DNA of 64,000 nt. It comes from an uncultured Chloroflexia bacterium. Lineage in GTDB: Bacteria; Chloroflexota; Limnocylindria; Limnocylindrales; CSP1-4. The notes under the pieces were generated by a model. It saw only the letters and a program-made list of their open reading frames with translations. It was not told where the DNA came from and ran no database searches. The stretch lies in NCBI GenBank assembly GCA_963802165.1, contig CAWDHT010000020.1, positions 17,333-81,332 on the forward strand, written 5' to 3'. Position numbers and translations under genes: made by a program. Below are positions 26,892 through 34,804 of this stretch, piece after piece (position 1 is the stretch's first letter; each line of letters opens with the position of its first letter).

Positions 26892-27282
26892 CGGCTGGTC
26901 GTCGACGCATCCGTCGCGGTCGGAATCCTGCTGCGGGAACCGGGCTCCGAGGCGGTGCAGGGTCGCCTGGCAGGTGCGGCGGGCGGCGAGCTGCTCGTTC
27001 CCGAGCACTTCTGGCTCGAGATCACGAACGTCCTCGTGCGCCGGTACGCCTGCAAGCCCAACGATGTCGTGGCGGCATTGCGCGAGCTGGACGAGATGCA
27101 GCTGGTCACCGTCGCCCTGGATCGCCCGGCCATCCTCCACGGCCTGGAGCTGATGGCGCGTCACGGCCTCACCGCCTATGACGCTGCGTACCTGGCGCTC
27201 GCCGAGGTGACCGATGCGGAGCTCCTCACGGCTGCGACGGCCGGCTCGCACGAGGCGCCGGGCGCAGACGCGGGCGACCTAA
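26892..27282 (+). pseudogene. PIN-domain VapC toxin lacking a start codon, with a frame disruption before the last acidic residue
   Basis: The sequence is RLVVDASVAVGILLREPGSEAV...LLVPEHFWLEITNVLVRR...ARHGLTAYDAAYLALAEVTDAELLTA. The expected ...LLTADGRLARGAG continues in another frame after 27233 (an extra gc). No ATG/GTG/TTG lies in frame between the kinase fragment and LVVDAS. Confidence 0.6.
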
Positions 27283-27359
27283 GCCGAGGACGCAGAGGGT
27301 GGCGTGGCCGCCGTCTCGACCGGATGCACGCCGTCGCATCCGGGGATCCCGAACGGGTT

Positions 27360-27861
27360 CGGCGTGCAGTCGGTGCGCCGAACATCGCGGGCTCCGGTAG
27401 GAGCAGGCGCGACGCGCTCCGGGTGACGAACGCCGCCAGCATGCAGATGGAGAGCCACCGCCCCAGGCCAGTCGGCAGCCGCTTGGGAAGGGCGAGGACG
27501 AGCACCGCCAGGGCGACGTCGTAGTACCCCTCGAACGCAAACCCGAGGTAGGTGACGACCGGCCGGCCGGTCGGACCGTAGCTGCCCACGAAGTTGAGCA
27601 CGCCACAGGCGAGCAGGAGCGGCCCGGTGAGGACCTCCGGCCGCCGCATCCACGTGATGACGCCGGCGCCGATGTAGACAGCCCGATCGTGGTGTCGAGC
27701 AGGAGGAACTCCGGTGGCGCGCCGCTTGCCACACCGACGGCGAGCGTCAGGACCGTGAACGAAACTGCGCCGACCGTGGCAGCGACGAGGGTTCTCCCTG
27801 GACGCACGCCGGCCGACCGGGCACGCGCGGCTGCGGGCAAGGCCGGGACGGGCGACTCCAT
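27360..27861 (-). pseudogene. Membrane sensor-domain remnant, probably the N-terminus of the decayed histidine kinase (frameshifted)
   Basis: The N-terminus MESPVPALP...VSFTVLTLAVGVASGAPPEFLLLDTTIG is in one frame. The rest, AVYIGAGVITWMRRPEVLTGPLLLACGVLNFVGSYG...VALAVLVLALP, is in another. The join at ~27687 needs 1 nt. The ITWMRRPE..GPLLL pattern resembles N-terminal regions of actinobacterial NarL-class kinases. Confidence 0.4.
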
Positions 27862-28005
27862 GGTGGTGGATCGTGGCACATCGGCAGCGCCCCGTGACCC
27901 GGGAAGACCCCGGTCTTCCGGCGGGGCTGGCTCGCTTGGCGGATCGGCCGGTTGCCCGGTGGGCCCACGCTCAGCGCAGCATCACCACCGTAGAGGAGCC
28001 ACCCG

Positions 28006-28470
28006 ATGAGAATCGCCCGCCTGACCGCCGTCAGCCTCGCGCTGGCGGTTGCCGGCACCGCCGCAGGTGCGACCACGGTCCTCGGTGCCAAGCCGTCGAC
28101 GGAGCGCAGCGGTCGTGTCGTCGAGACGTTCGCGGACGACTTCATCCTCGAGCTGTGCGGGATCAAGACGATGACGACCGTCACGGAGCACTGGACGCTG
28201 ACCACCTATGCCGATGGGTCGCAACGCTTCAGCGACATCCGCACGTTCGAGTCGGACGACCCCAGGCTGCCGATCGGGCAAGGCGCCGGGATGTCGTACT
28301 GGGATGCCAATGGCGTCCAGACCGACCACGGCTCACCGATCCGCCTCCGGCGACCCGGCGAGGGGATCATCCTGCTGGACGCCGGTCGCGTCGTGTTCAG
28401 TGATCCGCCGGTCATCCGTGGCCCGCACCCGTCGCTCGGGATGGATCTCGCCGACGCGTACTGCCCCTGA
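28006..28470 (+). CDS. Secreted hypothetical protein
   Basis: ATG 28006 follows GGAGGAG. The signal peptide is MRIARLTAVSLALAVAGTAAGA. Codon bias is good. Confidence 0.6.
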   Translation: MRIARLTAVSLALAVAGTAAGATTVLGAKPSTERSGRVVETFADDFILELCGIKTMTTVTEHWTLTTYADGSQRFSDIRTFESDDPRLPIGQGAGMSYWDANGVQTDHGSPIRLRRPGEGIILLDAGRVVFSDPPVIRGPHPSLGMDLADAYCP

Positions 28471-28496
28471 CCACAGGCGCAGGCGACCGGGCCGCG

Positions 28497-28961
28497 CTAC
28501 AGGATCGGGACCAGCGTCCGCTCCCCGGGCGGACGACGGAGCAGCTCGACCGCAGCCATCGCGGCCGCGAGCTGGGCGGCCTCCTCGCCCGTGCCGAGGT
28601 CCAGGCGACAGTAGGTGAAGCGGCCGGGGAGCACGCGTTCCATCATCGCGCCCAGCCAGTTCGTGAGGTCCGTGCGATGGCCAGTGCGCTTGCGTGCGCC
28701 GGGGGCGATCGCGTGGACGAGCACCAGGCGTCGCCCGCTCCGCTCGAGCCACGGCCAGTACTGGAGGACGTTCTCGGCCGGGTGCGTGTGCTTCTCCTCG
28801 ACCTGCAGCGCCACCCACGCGTGGTCGCCGACCTCGGCCAGCCCACCTGCCACCCCGCCCAGGCCCACGATCTCGTTGCCGGCGAACTTGACGCCGAGCA
28901 TCCTGCCCAGTCGCTTCGCCACTTGGGACTCCGAGAGGCCGCCCCACTCCTGCTTCGCCAA
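28497..28961 (-). CDS. Hypothetical protein with a possible PD-(D/E)xK nuclease-like motif
   Basis: TTG 28961 lies 5 nt after GAGGG. GDHAWVALQVEEKHTHP fits a D...ExK pattern. It lies directly downstream of nrdJ. The functional call is weak. Confidence 0.4.
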   Translation of the reverse strand: MAKQEWGGLSESQVAKRLGRMLGVKFAGNEIVGLGGVAGGLAEVGDHAWVALQVEEKHTHPAENVLQYWPWLERSGRRLVLVHAIAPGARKRTGHRTDLTNWLGAMMERVLPGRFTYCRLDLGTGEEAAQLAAAMAAVELLRRPPGERTLVPIL

Positions 28962-29092
28962 GTCACCCTCGTGTTCACGTCGGCCGGAGAGATGACTGTA
29001 CCCCTGCGCCGCTCCCGGAGACGAGGCTGGTCGTGGTGAGACAAGGCCCCGAGCGCCTGCCCGGGGCCCTGAATTCAGGTGCCGGTTGAGGA

Positions 29093-32000
29093 TCAGCTGC
29101 AGCCGGACGTCGCCCCGCAGTTGAGGCACTTGTAGCAGCTGCCGCTGCGGACCATGATCGAGCCGCACTCGGCGCAGGACGGGGCGTCCGCCTGGGCCGC
29201 GAAGGCGACCTTCACACCGCCGCCGAGGGAGCCGGTGAACGAGTCAAGGGTCCGCTTGCCGTTCCCATTCCCGTTCGCCGCCGCGGAACCGTTGGCCGCC
29301 CCGTTGCTGGCGACGGTCGCGAGCTCACGCTTGTCGACGGAAACGCTGATCGAGGGGGCTGCCGGCGCTGTGGCGGCAACGGATGGGGACGCGACCGCAC
29401 CCTTGGCCGTGTCGTCGGACGCTGGAGCCGGCGCGGGATCCGGGGCCACGGCCGGCGTCACCTCCGGCGCGATCGCCTCGGACTGGGCGGTGATGCCCTC
29501 GTCCGCGCGCGGCCGAAGGGCCGACGCGCCGAAGGCAGCCGGGGCCTCGGAGACCACCGCGGAGCGGTCGATCAGCCCGAGGGCGCCCTTCTCCTCGCTG
29601 GGCAGGAAGCGGGATCCCATCCAGCGGAAGATGTAGTCCACGAGGGACTTGGCGATCGGGATCTCCGGGTTGCCGGTGAACCCGCTCGGCTCGAACCGCA
29701 CGTGGGCGAACTTGTTCACCACGTCCCGCAGCGGCACGCCGTACTGGAGCGCCAGGCTGACCGAGGTCGCGAGCGTGTCCATCAGGCCGCTGATCGTGGA
29801 GCCTTCCTTGGCCATCTTGAGGAAGATCTCGCCCGGCTGGCCGTCCGGGTACAGGCCGACCGTGATGTAGCCCTCGTGCCCGGAGATCTCGAACTTGTGG
29901 GTGACCGCGGTCCGCTCCGACGGCAGCCGGCGGCGGTGCGGGCGGGTGGCCTCGACCTGGGCCGACGCGAGCTGCCGGCGCAGGCCCTCGATGGTCTCCT
30001 TGTCCTCGGCCGAGCCCTCGTCCTTCTTCTTGCCGGTGGACAGCGGCTGGGAGCGCTTGGAGCCGTCGCGGTAGATGGCGATGGCCTTGAGGCCCTGCTT
30101 CCAGCCCTCGAGGTAGACCGTCTCGATCTCCTCGGCCGTGGCGTTCTCCGGCATGTTGACGGTCTTGCTGATGGCGCCCGACAGGAACGGCTGGACCGCG
30201 CCCATCATCCGGATGTGGCCCATGTAGTGGATGGACCGCTCGCCGTTGACCGGCTTGAACGCGCAGTCGAAGACGGGGAGGTGCTCGTTCTTCAGGCCCG
30301 GCGCGCCCTCGATGGTCTCGCGCTCGTTGACGTAGGCGATGATCTCCTCGACCTGCGCCGGGGAGTAGCCCAGCTTGCGCAGGGCCGCCGGCACGGTCTG
30401 GTTGACGATCTTGAGGTAGCCCTCGCCGACGAGCTTCTTGTACTTGATGAGCGCGATGTCGGGCTCGATGCCGGTGGTGTCGCAGTCCATCATGAACGCG
30501 ATGGTCCCGGTGGGGGCCAGCACGGTGACCTGCGCGTTGCGGAAGCCGTGGGCGGTGCCGAGCTCCAGGACCTCGTCGTACAGGCCGCGGGCGTTGGCCA
30601 GCATGGCCTGCGGGACGCCGGTCTCGGGCAGCGCGTACGCCGCGTCGCGGTGCTTGGCGATGACGCGCAGGAACGACTCGCGGTTGGTGTCGTAGTCCAC
30701 GAAGGCGCCGCCGTGGTCCCGGGCGATGACCGAGCTCTGGCGATACGCCTCGCCGTGCATCAGGGCGGTGATCGCGCCTGCGTAGGCGCGACCTTCGTCG
30801 GAGTCGTAGGCCAGGCCGCGGTTCATGAGCAGCGCGCCCAGGTTCGCGTAGCCCAGGCCGAGGGGCCGGTAGCGGTGGCTGTTCTCCTCGATCTTCTGCG
30901 TGGGATAGCTGGCGTTGTCGACCAGGATCTCCTGCGCCGTGATCGTCACCTTGGCCGCGAAGCGGAAGGCGTCCACGTCGAACTCGCCGTCCGCCTGCAC
31001 GAACTTCATGAGGTTCAGGGAGGCCAGGTTGCACGCCGTGTCGTTGAGGAACATGTACTCCGAGCACGGGTTGGACGCGTAGATCCGGTCCGTGTTCAGG
31101 CTCGTGTGCCAGTCGTTGATGGTGGTGTCGTACTGGATGCCCGGGTCGCCGCACAGGTGGGCCGCGTCCGCCATCTTGCGGAAGATGTCCCGCGCCTTGT
31201 ACGTGCCGGCCGGCTGGCCGTCGCTGACCTCGAGCGTCTGCCACTCCGCATCGCGCTCGACGGCCTTCATGAAGTCGTCGGTCACGCGGACGCTGTGGTT
31301 GGCGTTCTGGAAGAAGACGCTGCCGTAGGCCTCGCCGGTGAAGGAGGGGTCGTAGCCCTGCTCGATGAGGGCCCAGGCCTTCTTCTCCTCGTGCGCCTTG
31401 CTGTCGATGAACTCGATCACGTCCGGGTGGCTGACGTCGAGGATCACCATCTTGGCCGCGCGGCGGGTCTTGCCGCCCGACTTGATGACGCCCGCGAAGG
31501 CGTCGTAGCCGCGCATGAAGCTGACGGGACCGCTGGCGATGCCGCCGCCCGACATCTTGGCCTTGGACGAGCGGATGGGGGACAGGTTCACGCCGGCGCC
31601 GGAGCCGTACTTGAACAGCATGGCCTCGGTCTTGGCGAGGTCCATGATGCTGCTCATGTTGTCCTGGACCGAGTTGATGAAGCACGCGGAGCACTGCGGC
31701 TTCGCCTCGATCCCCACGTTGAACCAGACCGGCGAGTTGAAGCTCATCTTCTGGTGGACCAGGAGATGGGTCAGCTCGGCCTGGAACGCGGCGAGGTCCT
31801 CGTCCGTGGCGAAGTAGCGCTGGGTGTCGGCCCAGGCGGTGATCGTGTTGACGACGCGGTCGATGAGCTGCTTGACGCTGTGCTCGCGCTCCGGCGTGCC
31901 GACGTGGCCGCGGAAGTACTTGCTCACCACGACGTTGGTGGCGAGCTGGCTCCAGAAGGCCGGGACCTCGACGTCCTTCTGCTCGAAGACCGTCTTGCCG

Positions 32001-32245
32001 GTCTCGCTGGAGATGCCGGCCGTCCGGTACTCCCACGTGATCTCGTCGTAGGGGTGGACGCCGGGGCGCGTCCAGCGGCGCTCGAACGTGAGACCGCGGG
32101 TCCCTTCGCCGTTGAAGCTGGCACCGTACGGGCCGCCGAGGCCCTTGCGCGCGGCCGACGCCGACTTGGTCCCGGTCCTGCCCCCGCGGGACTTGGGCGC
32201 AACCTTCTCATCCATGACCGGGACAACCTCGCGAGCCTGGGCCAT
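29093..32245 (-). CDS. nrdJ: Adenosylcobalamin-dependent (class II) ribonucleotide reductase
   Basis: ATG 32245 follows GGAGGAG. Motifs include VVVSKYFRG and NPCSEYMFLNDTACNLASLNL (the catalytic Cys region). The gene is 1050 aa. It has the low-complexity linker and C-terminal Zn ribbon (CAECGSIMVRSGSCYKCLNCGATSGCS) typical of actinobacterial NrdJ. Confidence 0.95.
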   Translation of the reverse strand: MAQAREVVPVMDEKVAPKSRGGRTGTKSASAARKGLGGPYGASFNGEGTRGLTFERRWTRPGVHPYDEITWEYRTAGISSETGKTVFEQKDVEVPAFWSQLATNVVVSKYFRGHVGTPEREHSVKQLIDRVVNTITAWADTQRYFATDEDLAAFQAELTHLLVHQKMSFNSPVWFNVGIEAKPQCSACFINSVQDNMSSIMDLAKTEAMLFKYGSGAGVNLSPIRSSKAKMSGGGIASGPVSFMRGYDAFAGVIKSGGKTRRAAKMVILDVSHPDVIEFIDSKAHEEKKAWALIEQGYDPSFTGEAYGSVFFQNANHSVRVTDDFMKAVERDAEWQTLEVSDGQPAGTYKARDIFRKMADAAHLCGDPGIQYDTTINDWHTSLNTDRIYASNPCSEYMFLNDTACNLASLNLMKFVQADGEFDVDAFRFAAKVTITAQEILVDNASYPTQKIEENSHRYRPLGLGYANLGALLMNRGLAYDSDEGRAYAGAITALMHGEAYRQSSVIARDHGGAFVDYDTNRESFLRVIAKHRDAAYALPETGVPQAMLANARGLYDEVLELGTAHGFRNAQVTVLAPTGTIAFMMDCDTTGIEPDIALIKYKKLVGEGYLKIVNQTVPAALRKLGYSPAQVEEIIAYVNERETIEGAPGLKNEHLPVFDCAFKPVNGERSIHYMGHIRMMGAVQPFLSGAISKTVNMPENATAEEIETVYLEGWKQGLKAIAIYRDGSKRSQPLSTGKKKDEGSAEDKETIEGLRRQLASAQVEATRPHRRRLPSERTAVTHKFEISGHEGYITVGLYPDGQPGEIFLKMAKEGSTISGLMDTLATSVSLALQYGVPLRDVVNKFAHVRFEPSGFTGNPEIPIAKSLVDYIFRWMGSRFLPSEEKGALGLIDRSAVVSEAPAAFGASALRPRADEGITAQSEAIAPEVTPAVAPDPAPAPASDDTAKGAVASPSVAATAPAAPSISVSVDKRELATVASNGAANGSAAANGNGNGKRTLDSFTGSLGGGVKVAFAAQADAPSCAECGSIMVRSGSCYKCLNCGATSGCS

Positions 32246-32576
32246 TGCCGTTTCTCTCCTCCGTTCCCGCAGACCGCGGGACCACGCCATGACGGCCGGC
32301 GGTCCGGATGGGGGTCCGTGCGGGCGTTCGCTTCCCGGGTGCCAGGCGGGTTGCGGAATGCGGGCACGGACTCCGTCCGGGTGGCTTGTCCCGCGGTCAC
32401 GTAGATGGGGTGACGCGTAGCTGCGGGGCCGTTCACCGGATCGATCTGCCGCCTTGGTCCCGGGGCCCTGTTCCGCGGGGCTTGTGGCCCGCGTTCCCTG
32501 GCGTTCCGGGGGTCGTCCGGCGGCGGAGCGACCGGTGAACTGTACGCCGCTGATGGGCCGTGGTCAAGCCGAAAAC

Positions 32577-32634
32577 CACAAGATGTAGTGGTCGGCCGGT
32601 GGTTCGCATCGCAACATATTGTGCTTCGTCCCTT
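32577..32634 (-). promoter_or_regulatory. Two NrdR-box-like palindromes upstream of nrdJ
   Basis: cacaagatgtagtg (32577-32590) and gcaacatattgtgc (32621-32634) each match about 12/14 of the NrdR box consensus (aCaCwAtATaTwGtGt) as I recall it. Their centres are 44 bp apart. Confidence 0.5.
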
Positions 32635-32695
32635 GGAGCGCCGATTCACGCCCGGTGGCCCGCCGGACACGTCCAGCTGCCTCGTCGGTCCACGC

Positions 32696-32814
32696 CGACG
32701 AGGCGCTCGTCCACACCCCGAGGCTCCTCGTCCACACGGATCGCGGTGCCTGTCCACCATCGCCACGGTGGTTGTCCACAGAACGGGCGTTCTATTGTGG
32801 ATGGTGCGGGGTGC
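32696..32814 (+). promoter_or_regulatory. Phased array of five direct DnaA-box-like 9-mers plus one inverted copy
   Basis: The direct copies are cggtccacg (32696), tcgtccaca (32717), tcgtccaca (32738), ctgtccacc (32760) and ttgtccaca (32782, a perfect match to the high-GC consensus TTGTCCACA). The inverted copy is tgtggatgg (32806). Start-to-start spacing is 21, 21, 22 and 22 bp. Confidence 0.55.
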
Positions 32815-32925
32815 CGCGCGCCGAGGCCGCCGCCGTGCCGCGCGTCGCCGCGCCGCCGTCCCTCTCGCGGCCAGGTACCGATGCCAAGCGCGGTAACCCG
32901 CCGCCTCCGCCCTGTTCACGGCCAC

Positions 32926-33027
32926 CCACCGGTGGAGTGCGTCGTACGCCCGCGTTGACCGCCGGTTGGTGGCCAGCCACCGGTGCGGCGCGTGGTGGGC
33001 CAGGACCTGCTGGCCTACCACCGGTGG
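32926..33027. repeat. Three copies of a GGCCnnCCACCGGTG(G/C) motif with a 10-bp palindromic core
   Basis: The copies are ccaccggtgg at 32926-32935, ccaccggtgc at 32977-32986 and ccaccggtgg at 33018-33027. Each is preceded by ggccNN. Confidence 0.6.
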
Positions 33028-33076
33028 CATCAGTGGAAGGCCGCGACCTCGGGGCGAAGGCGCCCGTCACCGTGCG

Positions 33077-33808
33077 TCACCCTGCGGCACGAGCCGCGCG
33101 AACGCGCCTGACCGCGGCAGGGCTCCTGGTACCAACGACTCCACCAGTGGATGGCCAGAAGCTGAGCGCGGCGATGGGGCCGGACGGCGCGGCGAGCCAC
33201 GCGTTCATCGCGTGCCCATCCGCCGGGAGCGCGGCTCGCAGCAGGGTGCGGTGTGCCGCGACGCGGCGGCGGTTGGTCCGTCCCCCGGCGAGGATGACCC
33301 ACGTGCCCACCACCGCCGGCCGCCAACCGCGCTCCACGGCGATCTTCGGGGCCAGGCGACGCTTCCGATCGAGCGTCCCGACGAGCTCCTGGACGTCGAC
33401 GATCTCGGTCTTGAGCTCGATGACGAGGAGCGTGCGGGTGGGCTCGTGCCAGGCGAGCACGTCGATCGCCCCGCGCTCACCGTAGATGGAGAACGTGACC
33501 TCGGGGACCGCGCGCCAGCCGGGCAGCGTCGCGAACCGCGCAGCGACCGCCTCCTGCAAGGCCGAATGCCGCGCACCGAGGAGTCGATCCAGCTCGCCTC
33601 CACGCCAGCGGGGCACCAGGTCCAGCGTGATCCCGATGGCCTCGCCGATGGCCCGGATCTGCGCCACCGTCATGCCGCCGATTGCACCGCGTTCGAGCCG
33701 CGAGATGGTGTCCTGCGAGGTCGTTGCCACGAGGGCGACATCGACCTGCCGGAGCCGCTTGCGGATTCGGACGGCGCGGTACACGCGACCGAGGGCAGCA
33801 TCGTCCAT
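33077..33808 (-). CDS. XRE-family HTH protein fused to a PD-(D/E)xK-like C-terminal domain
   Basis: The N-terminal HTH is VRIRKRLRQVDVALVATTSQDTISRLERG. The C-terminal part, GAIDVLAWHEPTRTLLVIELKTEIVDVQE, fits D...ExK. Confidence 0.6.
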   Translation of the reverse strand: MDDAALGRVYRAVRIRKRLRQVDVALVATTSQDTISRLERGAIGGMTVAQIRAIGEAIGITLDLVPRWRGGELDRLLGARHSALQEAVAARFATLPGWRAVPEVTFSIYGERGAIDVLAWHEPTRTLLVIELKTEIVDVQELVGTLDRKRRLAPKIAVERGWRPAVVGTWVILAGGRTNRRRVAAHRTLLRAALPADGHAMNAWLAAPSGPIAALSFWPSTGGVVGTRSPAAVRRVRAARAAG

Positions 33809-33871
33809 GCGCCAAGGATCGCTGCCGTGGCTTACGCGGGGCTTACGCGGGTCGGCGATGATCTGCTCGCG

Positions 33872-34783
33872 ATGGTGACGAAGGACAAGCGATGGGCCTC
33901 ACCGATCCTCGTCGGCGTCGATGCGGGTGCGACCAAGGCCGTCGCGATCGCCGTGACCACGGACGGGGAACGGCTCGCCCGCGCCGAGGGTCCCGGCGCC
34001 AACCCCAAGCGCCACGGCCTGGACGTCGCCGCGGACCGGATCTCGGCGCTCGCGGGCCGGGTCGCCGGCGGCCGCCCGATCGCCGTTCTCTTCGTCGCCG
34101 GTGCGGGCATCGATCGACCCGAGCACGCCCGGGCACTCGAGGGAGCCCTGCGCCACCGACGTGACGAGGACGAGCGCGTGATCGTCGTGAACGACACCCT
34201 CGCGGTGCTGCGCGCCGGCACGCCCGATGCCGTGGGCATCGCGGTGCCCGTCTCGACCGGCGGCAACGTGATCGGCCGGGCGGGCGACGGTCGCGTCACG
34301 GACCGCGGCCACGGGATCTTCGGCGGCGGCTACGTGTTGGGCGCGCTCGCGGCGCGGGCCGCGGGCAGGGGGCGGGTGGGGGAGGAGCTCGCCCGGGAGA
34401 TCGACGCGGCCGGCCTGAGCTGGCGGGGACGCAGGCCCGGTCCGGAGGCCGCCGTCCTGGGCGTGGCGGTGGCTCGTGCGGCCGAGCGGGGCGATCCCTA
34501 CCCACGGCGCCTGGTCGACCGCTGGTGCGCCCGGGTCACCGGTGCCCTCCGCGAGGAAGTCCGGCGCCTGGGGCTGGGCGACGAGCCGGCCGTCGTCGTC
34601 TACGGCGGGCTCGGGGACGCCTCGCCCTGGCTGGCGAACCGCATCCGTGTGGCCGTTCTCGCCGGAGCGCCGCGCGCCCGCATCGTGCACCTGGAGACGG
34701 AGCCCGCCGCAGGCGCAGCGGCTCTCGCCCTCGACGCGCGGCTGGGCGCTCCCATCGCCTGGGACTTCACGCCCCGCCGCTGA
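33872..34783 (+). CDS. BadF/BadG/BcrA/BcrD-type ATPase (N-acetylglucosamine-kinase-like)
   Basis: The sequence is ILVGVDAGATKAVAIAVTTDGERLARAEGPGANP...VAGAGIDRPE...VVNDTLAVLRAG...VSTGGNVIG...GGGYVLG. The ATG is at 33872. Confidence 0.7.
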   Translation: MVTKDKRWASPILVGVDAGATKAVAIAVTTDGERLARAEGPGANPKRHGLDVAADRISALAGRVAGGRPIAVLFVAGAGIDRPEHARALEGALRHRRDEDERVIVVNDTLAVLRAGTPDAVGIAVPVSTGGNVIGRAGDGRVTDRGHGIFGGGYVLGALAARAAGRGRVGEELAREIDAAGLSWRGRRPGPEAAVLGVAVARAAERGDPYPRRLVDRWCARVTGALREEVRRLGLGDEPAVVVYGGLGDASPWLANRIRVAVLAGAPRARIVHLETEPAAGAAALALDARLGAPIAWDFTPRR

Positions 34784-34804
34784 CCGCCTCGGCCGCGGGT
34801 CGCC

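Noticed and set aside
29093-29700. An intein or foreign insertion in the long C-terminal part of NrdJ.
   Set aside because: The region is an Ala/Pro/Ser-rich linker followed by a CxxC...CxxC zinc ribbon, which is the normal C-terminal architecture of actinobacterial class II RNRs. No intein splicing blocks are present (no Cys/Ser-...-HN-Cys junctions).
29325-32404. The 903-aa minus-strand and 900-aa plus-strand ORFs overlapping nrdJ.
   Set aside because: Their composition is extremely Arg/Gly/Pro/Asp-rich with no motifs. They occupy alternative or antisense frames of an unambiguous nrdJ gene. This is the typical shadow-ORF artefact of very high GC.
32246-32576. A cobalamin riboswitch upstream of the B12-dependent reductase.
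   Set aside because: There is no B12-box (GCCACUG-like) or other conserved core elements. Biologically, B12 riboswitches normally control B12-independent isozymes, not nrdJ.
32570-32820. Chromosomal replication origin (oriC), on the basis of the DnaA-box cluster.
   Set aside because: No dnaA/dnaN/rpmH/parAB genes are nearby, and I saw no obvious AT-rich unwinding element or DnaA-trio repeats. The cluster sits with NrdR-like boxes in front of nrdJ, which favours a transcriptional role. GC-skew cannot be computed here, so the idea is not fully excluded.
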